A stretch of 64,000 nucleotides of DNA, from the NCBI GenBank assembly GCA_963695855.1, contig CAVOHZ010000004.1, positions 32,001-96,000 of the forward strand, given 5' to 3'. Of the stretch, positions 12,175 to 22,833 are shown one piece after another (position 1 is the first letter of the stretch; the number at the start of each line of letters is the position of its first letter). This DNA comes from an uncultured Nitrososphaerales archaeon (GTDB lineage: Archaea; Thermoproteota; Nitrososphaeria; Nitrososphaerales; Nitrososphaeraceae). Under the pieces are notes generated by a model, which had not been told where the DNA came from, did no database searches, and was given only the letters and a program-made list of their open reading frames with translations. Both the position numbers and the translations under genes were made by a program.

Positions 12175-12420
12175 TTGATTTGTTTAATAATACAAAGTAT
12201 GGAGCTAACATCTATAAAGAAATTGCAAGATTTAATTGATAATAATTATAAAATCGAAAAAATTTACCCTCCTATTTTTGGATCGGATGCAGAAATTAAC
12301 ATAGTAACTATTACATTAGTTTCCCCTGAGGGAAAAAAAGAAAATTTAAGAGCTTTTAGAGAAGAATCTCATCAGTTAAGAGAATATATTAAAAATAACA
12401 AGCTCTTTCAGCAATATTGA
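12175..12420 (+). CDS. Small hypothetical protein
   Basis: Likely start ATG 12199 (MELTSIKK); globular composition. Confidence 0.65.
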   Translation: MICLIIQSMELTSIKKLQDLIDNNYKIEKIYPPIFGSDAEINIVTITLVSPEGKKENLRAFREESHQLREYIKNNKLFQQY

Positions 12421-12657
12421 GTTGCAAATAACTAGATTTGATTATTAAAAATTAGTTATTTTATGACAACATGCAGTAAAGTATACATCATAAAATCAAA
12501 TGTATCTTTAAATAAATTTTCTCTATATTTTTTGGGGTATGTTAAAATGAAAACCGTTTTAAAATACTAGTATTTGTATATTTGTCCTATTAGTTATGAA
12601 AATGGATGGATAATATAATTTTCAAATATAATTTTAATATGGGAAATAATATGAAAA

Positions 12658-13875
12658 TTATACCCATCCTTTGATTCTAAAATAGACAATCATTCCACCC
12701 CCTACAGCTAATAATAGTCCCAAAGCGTAGTAGTAACCATATGGAGATACTAATTCTGGCATGAATTCAAAATTCATTCCATAAATTCCAGTTATCAAAG
12801 TAAGGGGTAGAACTATGGTTGCTATTACAGTCAAAGTCCTGATTGTTTCATTTAAATTGGAACTTAATGACGAGTTGTATGCTTCGCGTAAGTTAATTAC
12901 CCTATTCTGAATATTTGTTAAATCATTACGCAGATAGTTAATTTTGCCCTTTAACCAATGCATATGTCTAAAAGTCTCGATTGTAAGGATATCTTGTTTA
13001 TCTTTGGTTTTGTTCATGTGAGATTTATTAGAAAAATCTATAGTAAAAATATCATTGTCTATTAGACCGACATCACTTAGAAAATTATCAACAGCCCTTG
13101 ATATCATATCCATGGTTCTTTCAACAGAATTAATCTTCCTTTTCAGTAAAAGGATATCTGTTAATTGATTTCTTGTAACTTTATTTTTTCCCTTATTATA
13201 ATCTAGAATATAGTCTTCGGCCTGTTCAAGATTTTCTCTTATATTATCTAACACAGGATAGTAGGTCGATATCATTTCTTCTAATGCCAGACGAAATACA
13301 ATTTCGTTCATATTTACTATCTGGACTTGTTCAGAAGTTATGATATTATCAGTAGTAGCAGTAGAAGATGAAGAGGATGATGGTGCAGATGATGATGGAA
13401 CAATTAAGGATTGATGAATAATATGTTTGATTCTTTTCTTTATATTTTCTTCAATATCATGATTATGAAAATTTATTGTAATTATCCATCGATGTTCAAG
13501 GAAGATAAATAGATCATCTTCAACAAGTATTTCTTCCCCTTTTTCTATTTTATTTGCATCGTTTTGGGATTTGTACCCGTCTTGATTAGTGTAACTAGCC
13601 TTCTTTTCCTCCTTAATGCCGTCAATTATTGCAAAGATATAATTTTCATAATTTTCGATTTTAGATGGGAGACTGTGATGTATGACAGAGTCTACTTCTA
13701 ATGGATGGAGGTTAAATATGTCTTGAAGTTGAAATATGTCTTGAACTTCAGTGGCATGAACCCATAGACTTTCATTCTGGTTGGATTTCATTTCAGACCT
13801 TATTGATGTGGCCTCAAGTGTAATATTTACTGCTTTTATTGTCTTTGAACTTATGAGATAAGAAGTTATTGTCAA
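12658..13875 (-). CDS. corA: CorA family Mg2+/Co2+ transporter
   Basis: 'LHPL', C-terminal 'PLTLITGIYGMNFEFMPEL' signature plus two TM helices. Confidence 0.93.
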   Translation of the reverse strand: MTITSYLISSKTIKAVNITLEATSIRSEMKSNQNESLWVHATEVQDIFQLQDIFNLHPLEVDSVIHHSLPSKIENYENYIFAIIDGIKEEKKASYTNQDGYKSQNDANKIEKGEEILVEDDLFIFLEHRWIITINFHNHDIEENIKKRIKHIIHQSLIVPSSSAPSSSSSSTATTDNIITSEQVQIVNMNEIVFRLALEEMISTYYPVLDNIRENLEQAEDYILDYNKGKNKVTRNQLTDILLLKRKINSVERTMDMISRAVDNFLSDVGLIDNDIFTIDFSNKSHMNKTKDKQDILTIETFRHMHWLKGKINYLRNDLTNIQNRVINLREAYNSSLSSNLNETIRTLTVIATIVLPLTLITGIYGMNFEFMPELVSPYGYYYALGLLLAVGGGMIVYFRIKGWV

Positions 13876-13989
13876 CTGTTATTCATCTTGAATCAAAATC
13901 ACTTTAATAAATAAAGCTTTCAAATTAAAAAATAAACATGACAGACGGAGATAATGATTTAACATAATCAGAAATATTCAAAAATATAT

Positions 13990-14929
13990 TTATAAATTTG
14001 TATTTTTTATTCTTTCTACGAATCTCAAAACTTGCAATTTAACTTTTGATCGAATTTCTATTGGAGAATGTTCATGAATAGTTTTGTCAAATATGGATAT
14101 GTCAAAAAATCTGTCTACAGATTCAAGAATCGTTTTTTTAAATTCATGTGGAGCTACTGCCGGAAATGCATCTAATTCAATATGCAAATTCTTATTATTT
14201 TTATCCCTAAATGATTTTATGGTGGGATCTATTTTTTTTGATTTACGTAATCTTACTATTTTGTAGCTTTCGGGCAAATCATATTTTTTTATTTGTTCCT
14301 CATTTATAGCAATTCGTTTAAAATCTATATCCAGACCATCTTGTAGAAATTTATTAGTAAATATCTGGCAAATATTTTCAGAGAAAGAATCTAGGTCGCA
14401 AAAATAATTGATATGTACTTTTTTGTCTTGTTCTATATATGATCTAAGTCTTTTAACATTTTCATTTATCAAACTAAAAGGATTAGATCGGTTAATTGGA
14501 ACAATCCTTACTTGCCGTTCCCTTAAAATTGACCTAAAAGTCGGCATTAGTTTTTCTTTTTCAATCCATATTTCTACATAATGACGTTGATTATGCCACC
14601 GTGGTATTGTCCTTGCATAGATGTATGGTATATTCTCCAAGACTGCAATTTCATGATTTATGTATTCAGTCAATGGTACATATCTGTCATCAAGGTCTTG
14701 CACAAAATTTATACCCTGATCTTAAATTTTTAGTAGAAAGCTTACCAGTTTTTTGTGCTCGGGAGATATATTTTCCTAGACGTCGATATTGACTGCAAGA
14801 ATTAGATATGATTCCAAGAGAAACAAGTGTATAAAACAACATAGAAAAAGTTGGAACAATATTATGGTGTTTGTATACCTCTAATCTTTTTTCTATTGTA
14901 TTTCTCAAATCTTTTTTATTCCAATTCAT
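13990..14929 (-). pseudogene. Topo VI-A/DUF2399-like TOPRIM protein split by a frameshift
   Basis: 14690-14929 carries the N-terminal helical part ('LFYTLVSLGIISN..QYRRLGKYISRAQKTG'); 13990-14703 carries TOPRIM motifs 'VEIWIEKE', 'YFCDLD', 'KRIAINEEQI', 'IELDA'; frames join at a T4 run (14704-14707). Confidence 0.7.
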
Positions 14930-15009
14930 CTAATTTTGCAATGGTTAATAACGGTTATAAACATTTCGTAGGCGTTAGATTTATTAATATTTATAACTAT
15001 ATTAGAATA

Positions 15010-15366
15010 TTGCCCCAACCAGGTCAAAAGACGATTACTGTTAGCGGAAAAATACTAAAAAGGCTAGAAGAACTTTATAGTTTAGAAAAAACTAAAAATC
15101 CTAATATTTCATTTTCCTTGTTCGTATCTGAATCAGCGATAATAGAAATAGAGAGGAGACAAATTCTAAAAGAAGCACAGTTAATATCATTAATTAGCCT
15201 AACTGAAGATACAATCATTTTAAAGGATGTAAGAAAAAATAATAGACTTGTAGAAGTACAAATTAGGAACAAAAATTTAAAATGTATTACTGAAGATAAA
15301 TTTGATTGTATTCATGTTGGTTTTGCGTTAGCTCTTCCAGAAGTTAGAAAAGCATTGAATAAGTAA
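15010..15366 (+). CDS. Hypothetical protein, RHH-like N-terminus and C/H-containing C-terminus
   Basis: Probable TTG start at 15010 (MPQPGQKTITVS..) within track ORF 14851-15366; 'KCITEDKFDCIHVGFALALPEV'. Confidence 0.7.
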   Translation: MPQPGQKTITVSGKILKRLEELYSLEKTKNPNISFSLFVSESAIIEIERRQILKEAQLISLISLTEDTIILKDVRKNNRLVEVQIRNKNLKCITEDKFDCIHVGFALALPEVRKALNK

Positions 15367-15914
15367 AATGCAAGAAGACGGATTGAGTGTTGAAGATAAT
15401 AAAAGAATTTTCAATCTCAAAAATATTTTGTAATTGCATCTAAATTATACTTTTAAAGATATCGGAGATTATTTATTTGCAATTTAATATATAGAATTCT
15501 ATTCTTCATAACTGTTGTAAGAATATAAAATGACTTGAATCAAAATATTAAATAAAAGCAATGTAAAGCTAAATATGCAGTTTAACTTATTTAATTTAAA
15601 TTGGGAATTCCATATTTTTTTATCTTTAATATCTAGACTAACTTTAGATCCAAAACTATACTACATAAGAAAAAATATAATGATTGGTCTCAAAAGAAAC
15701 AAACTTGGCAAAAACTAGTATTAACATTATATAGACATAATAAAGGAAGTGAAAACATTTTGTTCAAAAATATAAAATCAATTTATCCTGATAATGGATC
15801 CTAGAATCTTTACTCAAGAAATAAGATTCAGAAGATATAATATAATAACAACAATTTTTGACAGGATTAAATTCTGCAATGATATTAGATCTTTAAATAA
15901 GAAAATTTAAAAGA

Positions 15915-17627
15915 ATGAATAATATTACATTGGATACGAAGGACATTCTAATCTTATCTATCTTAATTCTGTCATTTTTTTATTCACTTTATTTTGATAA
16001 AACTTTCGCAGAATCTCCTTCTTTTATAACCCAGGAAATAGCTGACAGTAACGCGGATTCGACCTTTAAACCAGGTACTAACCATTTATGTAATACAATT
16101 GACGAGTTCATAAAGCCTGCAGAGATCGATTCTGTCAAGTACTATAGTAACGGGAAAGAAATAACCTCACGAATATATCTTTCAAAACCCCTTTATGATC
16201 CTAACCAAATAGCGGAATTTATTAAAATTCCTGAAACAAAAATTACTACTAGTATCCTACTTTCAGAAATCGAAGAAAATTCTTCTTTATTAGACTATTT
16301 AAATATAAAGTTGACACATAATTCAACACATCAACAAAATCCAAGGTCGGGAGAGTACAATATGGAATCCTATAAAATTGGAGGATCCAAAGCTGGATAT
16401 GAAACAGTTTATTATAAAATTGGCAATAAGCTCTTGACATTTAACTATCAGGCACCATTATTTGAATATGCATCATATCATAGTGGATTCAAAAAAGTAA
16501 TTAACAACGTCATCTATAAATTGTCTAATATAACTGCATATAAAAAAACCCTTGATTTTATTAACGAGACCCTATTCATTGATTCGTTTGATCTTAAAAA
16601 ATTAAGGTTGAATTGGAACAATTTACAAAATTCTTTTAATCAGGTTAGTTTTAGTTTTTATCCCTTCAATTACCAATATCAATACTATACTATGAATATA
16701 GATATTAAATCAATTTTTGATCCAGGATCTGACTATAAGCTAAAATATGGTAGAGAAATATACAGGGGAAACAATCAATGGTATAGATCTCTTTACGAAG
16801 TTTCATCCGATCAACAAGGAATCCTTATTACCAATAATCCCGTTGATCCCTTTTTGAATTCTAGTGGAATGAATTATTTTCCATTAGAGTTAGATCCCTT
16901 TTCGAATTCTAGTGGAATGAATTATTTTCCCTTAGAGTTAGATCTTGGATTATTACACTATCCCAGTGAATATAACGTAAATATTATATTTGAATTTGGA
17001 ATCAGGGGTTTTGTTAATGGAACGGAAATTTCTTGTGACAAGTTTGATACCTTACAGTGGCTTTCAGTTCCACCACCTAATATGGATATTAGTCTATCTA
17101 AATATTCTGTCAATCTCAGGCCTGGAGAAACAGAGGATATAAAACTGAAAATTAAAAACGATGCAAATCTTCAAACCACAATCATTCCCAAGGTGTTGGA
17201 TTCCAAAGATCTAGTTCTGAAGTTCGAACATCCTAAAATTTCCATTCCAAAATCTACAAACGGAACTCTCACATTTTCTGTCACCGCACCAGACACATCA
17301 CAAAAGAAAACGGTTACAGTTCCTATAGTATCTCAGATAGAGTTTCCACAAAACGAAACAATATACGGATCGAAAAGTAAGGAAAATGTGAAACTGCAGC
17401 CACCAATAACATTGACAGAGTATCTTACTGTAACTACTTTATCACATTTTACATTTGATGAGCAGCTTGCTAATTTTGTAGAAAAGTATATCACACCTGT
17501 AAATAGTCTTTGGACATTTTTTATTGGGGTAGCAGCAGTCCTTTCTCCAAAAATAATTCAAGCAATTAGGAGGTTATTATCTAGTAAAAGTAAGAAAGAT
17601 GATTTAGAAGTAGAAGATAGTAAATAG
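15915..17627 (+). CDS. Secreted, C-terminally anchored surface protein with Ig-like domain
   Basis: N-terminal signal; 'VNLRPGETEDIKLKIKN' Ig-like segment; C-terminal TM plus basic tail. Confidence 0.75.
   Translation: MNNITLDTKDILILSILILSFFYSLYFDKTFAESPSFITQEIADSNADSTFKPGTNHLCNTIDEFIKPAEIDSVKYYSNGKEITSRIYLSKPLYDPNQIAEFIKIPETKITTSILLSEIEENSSLLDYLNIKLTHNSTHQQNPRSGEYNMESYKIGGSKAGYETVYYKIGNKLLTFNYQAPLFEYASYHSGFKKVINNVIYKLSNITAYKKTLDFINETLFIDSFDLKKLRLNWNNLQNSFNQVSFSFYPFNYQYQYYTMNIDIKSIFDPGSDYKLKYGREIYRGNNQWYRSLYEVSSDQQGILITNNPVDPFLNSSGMNYFPLELDPFSNSSGMNYFPLELDLGLLHYPSEYNVNIIFEFGIRGFVNGTEISCDKFDTLQWLSVPPPNMDISLSKYSVNLRPGETEDIKLKIKNDANLQTTIIPKVLDSKDLVLKFEHPKISIPKSTNGTLTFSVTAPDTSQKKTVTVPIVSQIEFPQNETIYGSKSKENVKLQPPITLTEYLTVTTLSHFTFDEQLANFVEKYITPVNSLWTFFIGVAAVLSPKIIQAIRRLLSSKSKKDDLEVEDSK
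16845..16944 (+). repeat. In-frame 48-bp tandem duplication (DPF[L/S]NSSGMNYFPLEL x2)
   Basis: Copies start at 16845 and 16893; 2 mismatches. Confidence 0.92.
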
Positions 17628-18226
17628 ATATGTTAAGAAAGAAATATTGTATCTTTATTTTACAAGTAACATAACCTAAAAAATAATTATCAATACAGGC
17701 ATATACATAAATTTAAAAAAATAACCATATTAAAACTTTAAATTTGATTTTTGTTTAGAATTACATTTAAAAGTTGTATAATTTTTTAACAAATACTGGT
17801 ATAATATTTTCAATAATATGTTTCACTTTATCATTATTTATTCTGGTTTCTTTATGTTCTTTTTCAAGAGATCGTATTCATTGGTCATTTAATTTTCTTT
17901 GATCTCATTTCTTTTTCAGACAACATTATTTTTAACAATTTTATGTTACTTTCTATGCGTGCGGTTGTATGTAGATAATATTTTATCTTTGCCATCCAGC
18001 CTTAGCAATATGCTTAGACCGGTCCAGAAATATAAAGGGAACAATTACTATAAAAAAAATGCAAACACTCTGCAAGATGAGTTCAGAGATATTAAAATTG
18101 TAGCTAAAATATACCAATACCAATTAGCATAACGATACATACAATTACTATCGTTATTGAAGCCGTAATTATTATAATTTTGTCATTGAACTTTTGCTAA
18201 CTGGTATAGGATATTGAAATTGACAA

Positions 18227-19654
18227 TCAAGAAATTTTATTGGCTGTTTCTGATAACCATATTCTCTCGAATAAATTAGTATAAATTAGTATTTGTGATT
18301 TATTGTCTGTAGATGTTACATCGTAATCATTTTCACTATTTATATTATTTGATTCTGTAGAAATAATAAATAATAATGTATTATCAACAATAAAAAAAAT
18401 AGCATCAAAATGTATATTTCTCTCAAAGTACTTGATTAGAATATTGTCACTTTTTTCTGAAAATATAATATTACTATCTCTATTTTTTAGCAATGTTCCT
18501 CTATTTTTCAGAACTGGTGCTAGGATCCTAATATTTATTCGATTCTGTTTATTAGATATTATATTTAAAAAGTTAATAAACTCATCCATGTAACTAATCA
18601 GTAAAAGTGATTCCTTCGTAAATAGTACATCAATTTCTCTTTCTGCTTTTTTGAGTATATTTACTGTAGTTTCGAAGGTCTCTTTTTTATCTTTGAAATT
18701 TTTCTTAATTTCTCTTTTATGATCAAAGCCATCAAAATGAGAAAAATCGTATTTACTCAGATTTTTGTGAAAATTGCAGGTATTCTGTAAAATATTTTCA
18801 ATCTCTTCATCGTATAATATACTTTTAATTTTTCCATACCAAAAAATACCTGCTATTATTAACATATCCGCAATTGCATATAAAATATTCCAGAAGGAAT
18901 GTGTTTGTAATATCAATTGCTCGCTTATTTGTGCTGAGTATGTATATCCAAGGTCGGCAACTGTTAGAAATGTTATTCCCAATGTCAATGATAGCCAATG
19001 AAAAATAAGTACATTGTTTTTCTTTATAGTAATGATAATAACAACGGAAGAAACCAATAAGAAAATATCTTCTACATAATAAAGAATATCAGTCAAAAAA
19101 TAAATAGGATCAGTAGTGATACTTATATCTGAAATATATATTAGATTGAAAACAAAGTATAGCGGAACGATAGAAACTGCTACACTGATCAGGAAAATAT
19201 TCATCAATTGTATATTGCCTTCTTTTTTCAAGGAAACAAGATTAGTTAACAAATGATATCCAAGAAATAAATAGGCAGATAAATATCCGATATCGGAAAT
19301 AGATGGATAAGGTACTGAAATTGATAAGACAGATTGTTGATAAGCATATATAAATTCAGCAATAAAGCTGATTAATAAGTATAAAGATATTGCCATAAAT
19401 TTTTTAATTTCATGTCTTTCAAGTACGCCACGAAAAAGCACCATTATTGAAATTACTAGACCAATTCCAAGAATCGATACAGTGGGAAATGAATTATAAC
19501 TTAATGTATTATCCCGGTCAGCAAAGGAGATTATTATATAAACAAATATAATGATAGAAGTTGTAGGAAGTAAAATGCTGGATATGAAATTTCGGAATTC
19601 ACTGCTTGTTTTGGCAAGTAATTTGTCTGTGACTATATTCGTTTTCCTTCCCAT
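18227..19654 (-). CDS. Multi-TM membrane sensor with C-terminal PLD/TrmB-like domain and no kinase domain
   Basis: About 8 TMs incl. 'PYPSISDIGY', 'TVADLGYTYS'; C-terminal 'AEREIDVLF..INIRILAP..FERIWL'; paralog of 49853-51250. Confidence 0.75.
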   Translation of the reverse strand: MGRKTNIVTDKLLAKTSSEFRNFISSILLPTTSIIIFVYIIISFADRDNTLSYNSFPTVSILGIGLVISIMVLFRGVLERHEIKKFMAISLYLLISFIAEFIYAYQQSVLSISVPYPSISDIGYLSAYLFLGYHLLTNLVSLKKEGNIQLMNIFLISVAVSIVPLYFVFNLIYISDISITTDPIYFLTDILYYVEDIFLLVSSVVIIITIKKNNVLIFHWLSLTLGITFLTVADLGYTYSAQISEQLILQTHSFWNILYAIADMLIIAGIFWYGKIKSILYDEEIENILQNTCNFHKNLSKYDFSHFDGFDHKREIKKNFKDKKETFETTVNILKKAEREIDVLFTKESLLLISYMDEFINFLNIISNKQNRINIRILAPVLKNRGTLLKNRDSNIIFSEKSDNILIKYFERNIHFDAIFFIVDNTLLFIISTESNNINSENDYDVTSTDNKSQILIYTNLFERIWLSETANKIS

Positions 19655-19900
19655 GGTCTTCTGATCTTCGTTTGATTTTATATTGCAAATAAGTCTTTTT
19701 GCTGCTCATTAGGAAATTTCATGAGGTTTAGTATTATTGATCTGTTTTTGATTTAATTATCTGTAAACATAACATTATCAACAGTCAGAAAAAGAAAATA
19801 TAAAGTTTATATAGAAAATAAATTTGTTAGAAGTAAATTTTAACATATCTCCAAAAATTATAAATAAATTAAATGAGATAATTAATATAAAAGAGAGAAA

Positions 19901-20038
19901 ATGCGAATCAAAAAATGTCAAAAATGTGGTAATAAAATAAATGAGCTAGTGACGATAAACGTTGGTAAAAATATTTTTCTTTATTGGTGCAAAAATTGTG
20001 TATTTGTAGAAATGGAAAAAAGAATAGGAAGGATTTAA
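19901..20038 (+). CDS. Zinc-ribbon microprotein (45 aa, not in ORF track)
   Basis: MRIKKCQKCGNKINELVTINVGKNIFLYWCKNCVFVEMEKRIGRI*, two CxxC motifs. Confidence 0.65.
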   Translation: MRIKKCQKCGNKINELVTINVGKNIFLYWCKNCVFVEMEKRIGRI

Positions 20039-20058
20039 GGTCATTTTTCATTCTTTTC

Positions 20059-20211
20059 CTAGTTTAGTCTTTTAGAGGCTTTGATTATTCTTGGATATTC
20101 GTTATACGTTATATTGCAAAACAAACAAGAATAAATTTCCATTCTTAAATGATCGTCCCTTTCTTTGCTAACAACATACTTTAAATCATTTTGACAAAAT
20201 GAGCACTTCAT
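20059..20211 (-). CDS. Zinc-ribbon microprotein
   Basis: MKCSFCQND...YSCLFCNITY, two CxxC motifs; ATG at 20211 within track ORF 20059-20247. Confidence 0.65.
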   Translation of the reverse strand: MKCSFCQNDLKYVVSKERDDHLRMEIYSCLFCNITYNEYPRIIKASKRLN

Positions 20212-20439
20212 CTTGTAAATCTTATCAATCTCGATGAATTGTTTCAATTAAAATTCAACTCTGTTAACATCTATTAACAGAGTTATTAAATTAATTGTAT
20301 CAAAAAAATGAAAAAGATAGTTTATTAAAAAGGACAAAACAATTTTACAAGATAAACAGTTGATTTTGAAATAGTTGATCTAGATATCAAAAGACAAGAA
20401 TACCGAAAAAGGAATAATTTTTTAATCGCTAATATTCGT

Positions 20440-20461
20440 AATTTTTCGGCGCCGAAAAATT
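20440..20461. promoter_or_regulatory. Perfect palindrome AATTTTTCGGCGCCGAAAAATT, copy 2
   Basis: 22-bp palindrome in a roughly 1-kb intergenic region. Confidence 0.8.
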
Positions 20462-21244
20462 TCAGACTTATTTATAAAAATAGATTTAAAATAACTCTTT
20501 TAACAAATCATTTCAGTTTTTTATATCAAGACATAATTGATAAAGTCTAACAATATATTTTTACGACCATTTCCTGATTTGTCAAATAATTATAAATAGA
20601 CTCATTCGTGTTGCAGAAGAAACTTCAATTCCTAATTTATTTGAAACTATGAAAAAATGACTGCCATATTCTATGGAGATATCATGTGTTACTTGGGTAT
20701 TATCAACTTTTTTTAACAATTATTTAGCTTGAAAGAAAAAATAATGGAATACAAGCATACGAGGAGGAAAAGGTCTGATTGAGGGGTTTCTCGTATTCAC
20801 AAGATAAAATAGAATTACTAGGTAAAGTAATAATATACAATCAAATAACGATATTTGAATTTCAAAGGAAATAAGACTCATAAATAGCAAATAAATTTTC
20901 TCTGCAATAAGGAACTAAAATTGAATTATGGAAAGTATTTGGTTTTGTTATAAATAAAGATTGATCACATTTATGATTCACGAAATTCATAATGACATAT
21001 CTATAGTTTAGTGTCAAGGAATTTTTTACGGATAGAGGATAGTAGAGATATAGAATCTAGATACCAAATCTTTTTTATAATTAGTTTAGAATACAATATT
21101 ATGAGTATTCTTACTATAGATATAGTATTCTTAGGTTATAGTTATTTGGCAAATTATGTTTTTTCGAAAAATAATGAATACAAATTTTTCAATTTAGTAG
21201 AAAGACATATTTTTTCAATTAAAGGAGGACATTAATAGAGAAAC

Positions 21245-22363
21245 ATGAGATTTTTTGGTTCGAAAGGAGTCAGATTTTCAGAGAGCAATATAAAATGTTG
21301 TATATGTTTTATTGATCTTGTAGATTCAACAAAAAATACTTTAAAATTTAGTAATTCAAGTGATACAAGAGAATATTACTCGACATTTATTAACGCGATA
21401 TATGAAATAGTAAAAAAGAATAATGCAAAGGTTGTAAAAAATATTGGTGATTCATTACTATTTTATTTTCCTAATACATCCGATACTACAAATATTTCCG
21501 GTTTTCAGAAGGTTATAGAATGTGGTTTGGAAATATTGGAAAACCGAGAAAATATTAACCAGAAAATGTCAAGTGAAAACTTTCCGCCATTCAATTATAG
21601 AATTAGTATAGATTATGGGGTGGTTGAATTAGCCTTGTCTGGAGAGTACAATCAATTAGATATTTTTGGATCCGCGGTAAATATATGTGCCAAAATTAAT
21701 GTGTTATCTAAACCAAATGAATTAGTAATAGGGGATAATTTCTATAGAATACTAAAAGCCTATTCAGCATTTTTTGAAAAGCATTACCTGTTTGATTTAT
21801 CTGGAGAGTATAAGATACTGGAAGATAGTACATATTCTGCCTACGTCATTAAAAAGAAATCCACTGAAGATACGTTACTCAATAGTCGGGATATCACATA
21901 CAGCTCAAATAACGGAGCTACCTCTGTCGGTTCTATTTCACTAAATAAGCATCAAATTGAACAAGAGACAAGTCACAGAATTTATGACAGTAAGAAAAAA
22001 ATTATTCTGATAGATGATGATCCTGATGTGTTATACAGTTTAGAATTATTTTTGAGTGAATGTAAGTACAATGTTATTTCCTTTACAGATTGCAGATTTG
22101 CTCTAGAATATATGAGGTCAAATCCATTCTACCACAATCTCTTGATAATAGCAGATATTAGGTTAAAAAAAATGAATGGACTGCAACTTTACCTACAAGT
22201 AAAAAGCATAGATCCAACTATAAAATTTCTTTTTATTACGGCCCTAGATATTGTGGATGAGGTAACATCTGTAATACCTGGATTGGATAAGAGTCACATA
22301 ATTAGGAAACCTATAGAAAAAAATGTATTTGTAAATAAAATAAAGACACTATTACCTATGTAA
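21245..22363 (+). CDS. Class III adenylate/guanylate cyclase fused to a C-terminal receiver domain
   Basis: 'FIDLVDST', 'VKNIGDSLL', 'DIFGSAVNICAKI'; REC 'IDDD..ADIRLKKMNG..ITA..KP'. Confidence 0.9.
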   Translation: MRFFGSKGVRFSESNIKCCICFIDLVDSTKNTLKFSNSSDTREYYSTFINAIYEIVKKNNAKVVKNIGDSLLFYFPNTSDTTNISGFQKVIECGLEILENRENINQKMSSENFPPFNYRISIDYGVVELALSGEYNQLDIFGSAVNICAKINVLSKPNELVIGDNFYRILKAYSAFFEKHYLFDLSGEYKILEDSTYSAYVIKKKSTEDTLLNSRDITYSSNNGATSVGSISLNKHQIEQETSHRIYDSKKKIILIDDDPDVLYSLELFLSECKYNVISFTDCRFALEYMRSNPFYHNLLIIADIRLKKMNGLQLYLQVKSIDPTIKFLFITALDIVDEVTSVIPGLDKSHIIRKPIEKNVFVNKIKTLLPM

Positions 22364-22833
22364 TCATTTACATTTTGAAGTTGCTTTTATAAAAAAGGAA
22401 ATATAAATATTGATATTGTACAAATGTGAAAGATTAATGAGATGTAGATTGTGAATTTTGCAGAAATAGAATTATCATCTCTTGATTGGTCAAAGTAGTA
22501 TATTTCTTTTGTAACCAATAGATTTCATCTTGTTATATATAATTCTAAATTTTCAAAATTATAGATTTAATTAATTCAATTCTACGGGTCTTTTTAACGG
22601 GGTAAAAATCGTGAAAGATAATAAATATTAAGGATTTGAAATTTTGGATCAACCTGATTTAGTATATGAGAAATTAAATATAGATGAAATTGTTTAATAT
22701 GTTTCTCTTATCGATAATATGTGTTAGCTATTAACATAAGAATATCGCTGAGTTTAGCAAGTTTTGTAATTTTTTAGTTAATATTTAAGTAACCGAAGAT
22801 TTTAAATATATTATAAACATGAAATAATACAAA

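Noticed and set aside
17899-18132. 77-aa plus-strand ORF
   Set aside because: TTG start, no motif, composition like AT-rich intergenic DNA
21011-21235. 74-aa ORF upstream of the cyclase
   Set aside because: No recognisable features; probably spurious across the promoter region
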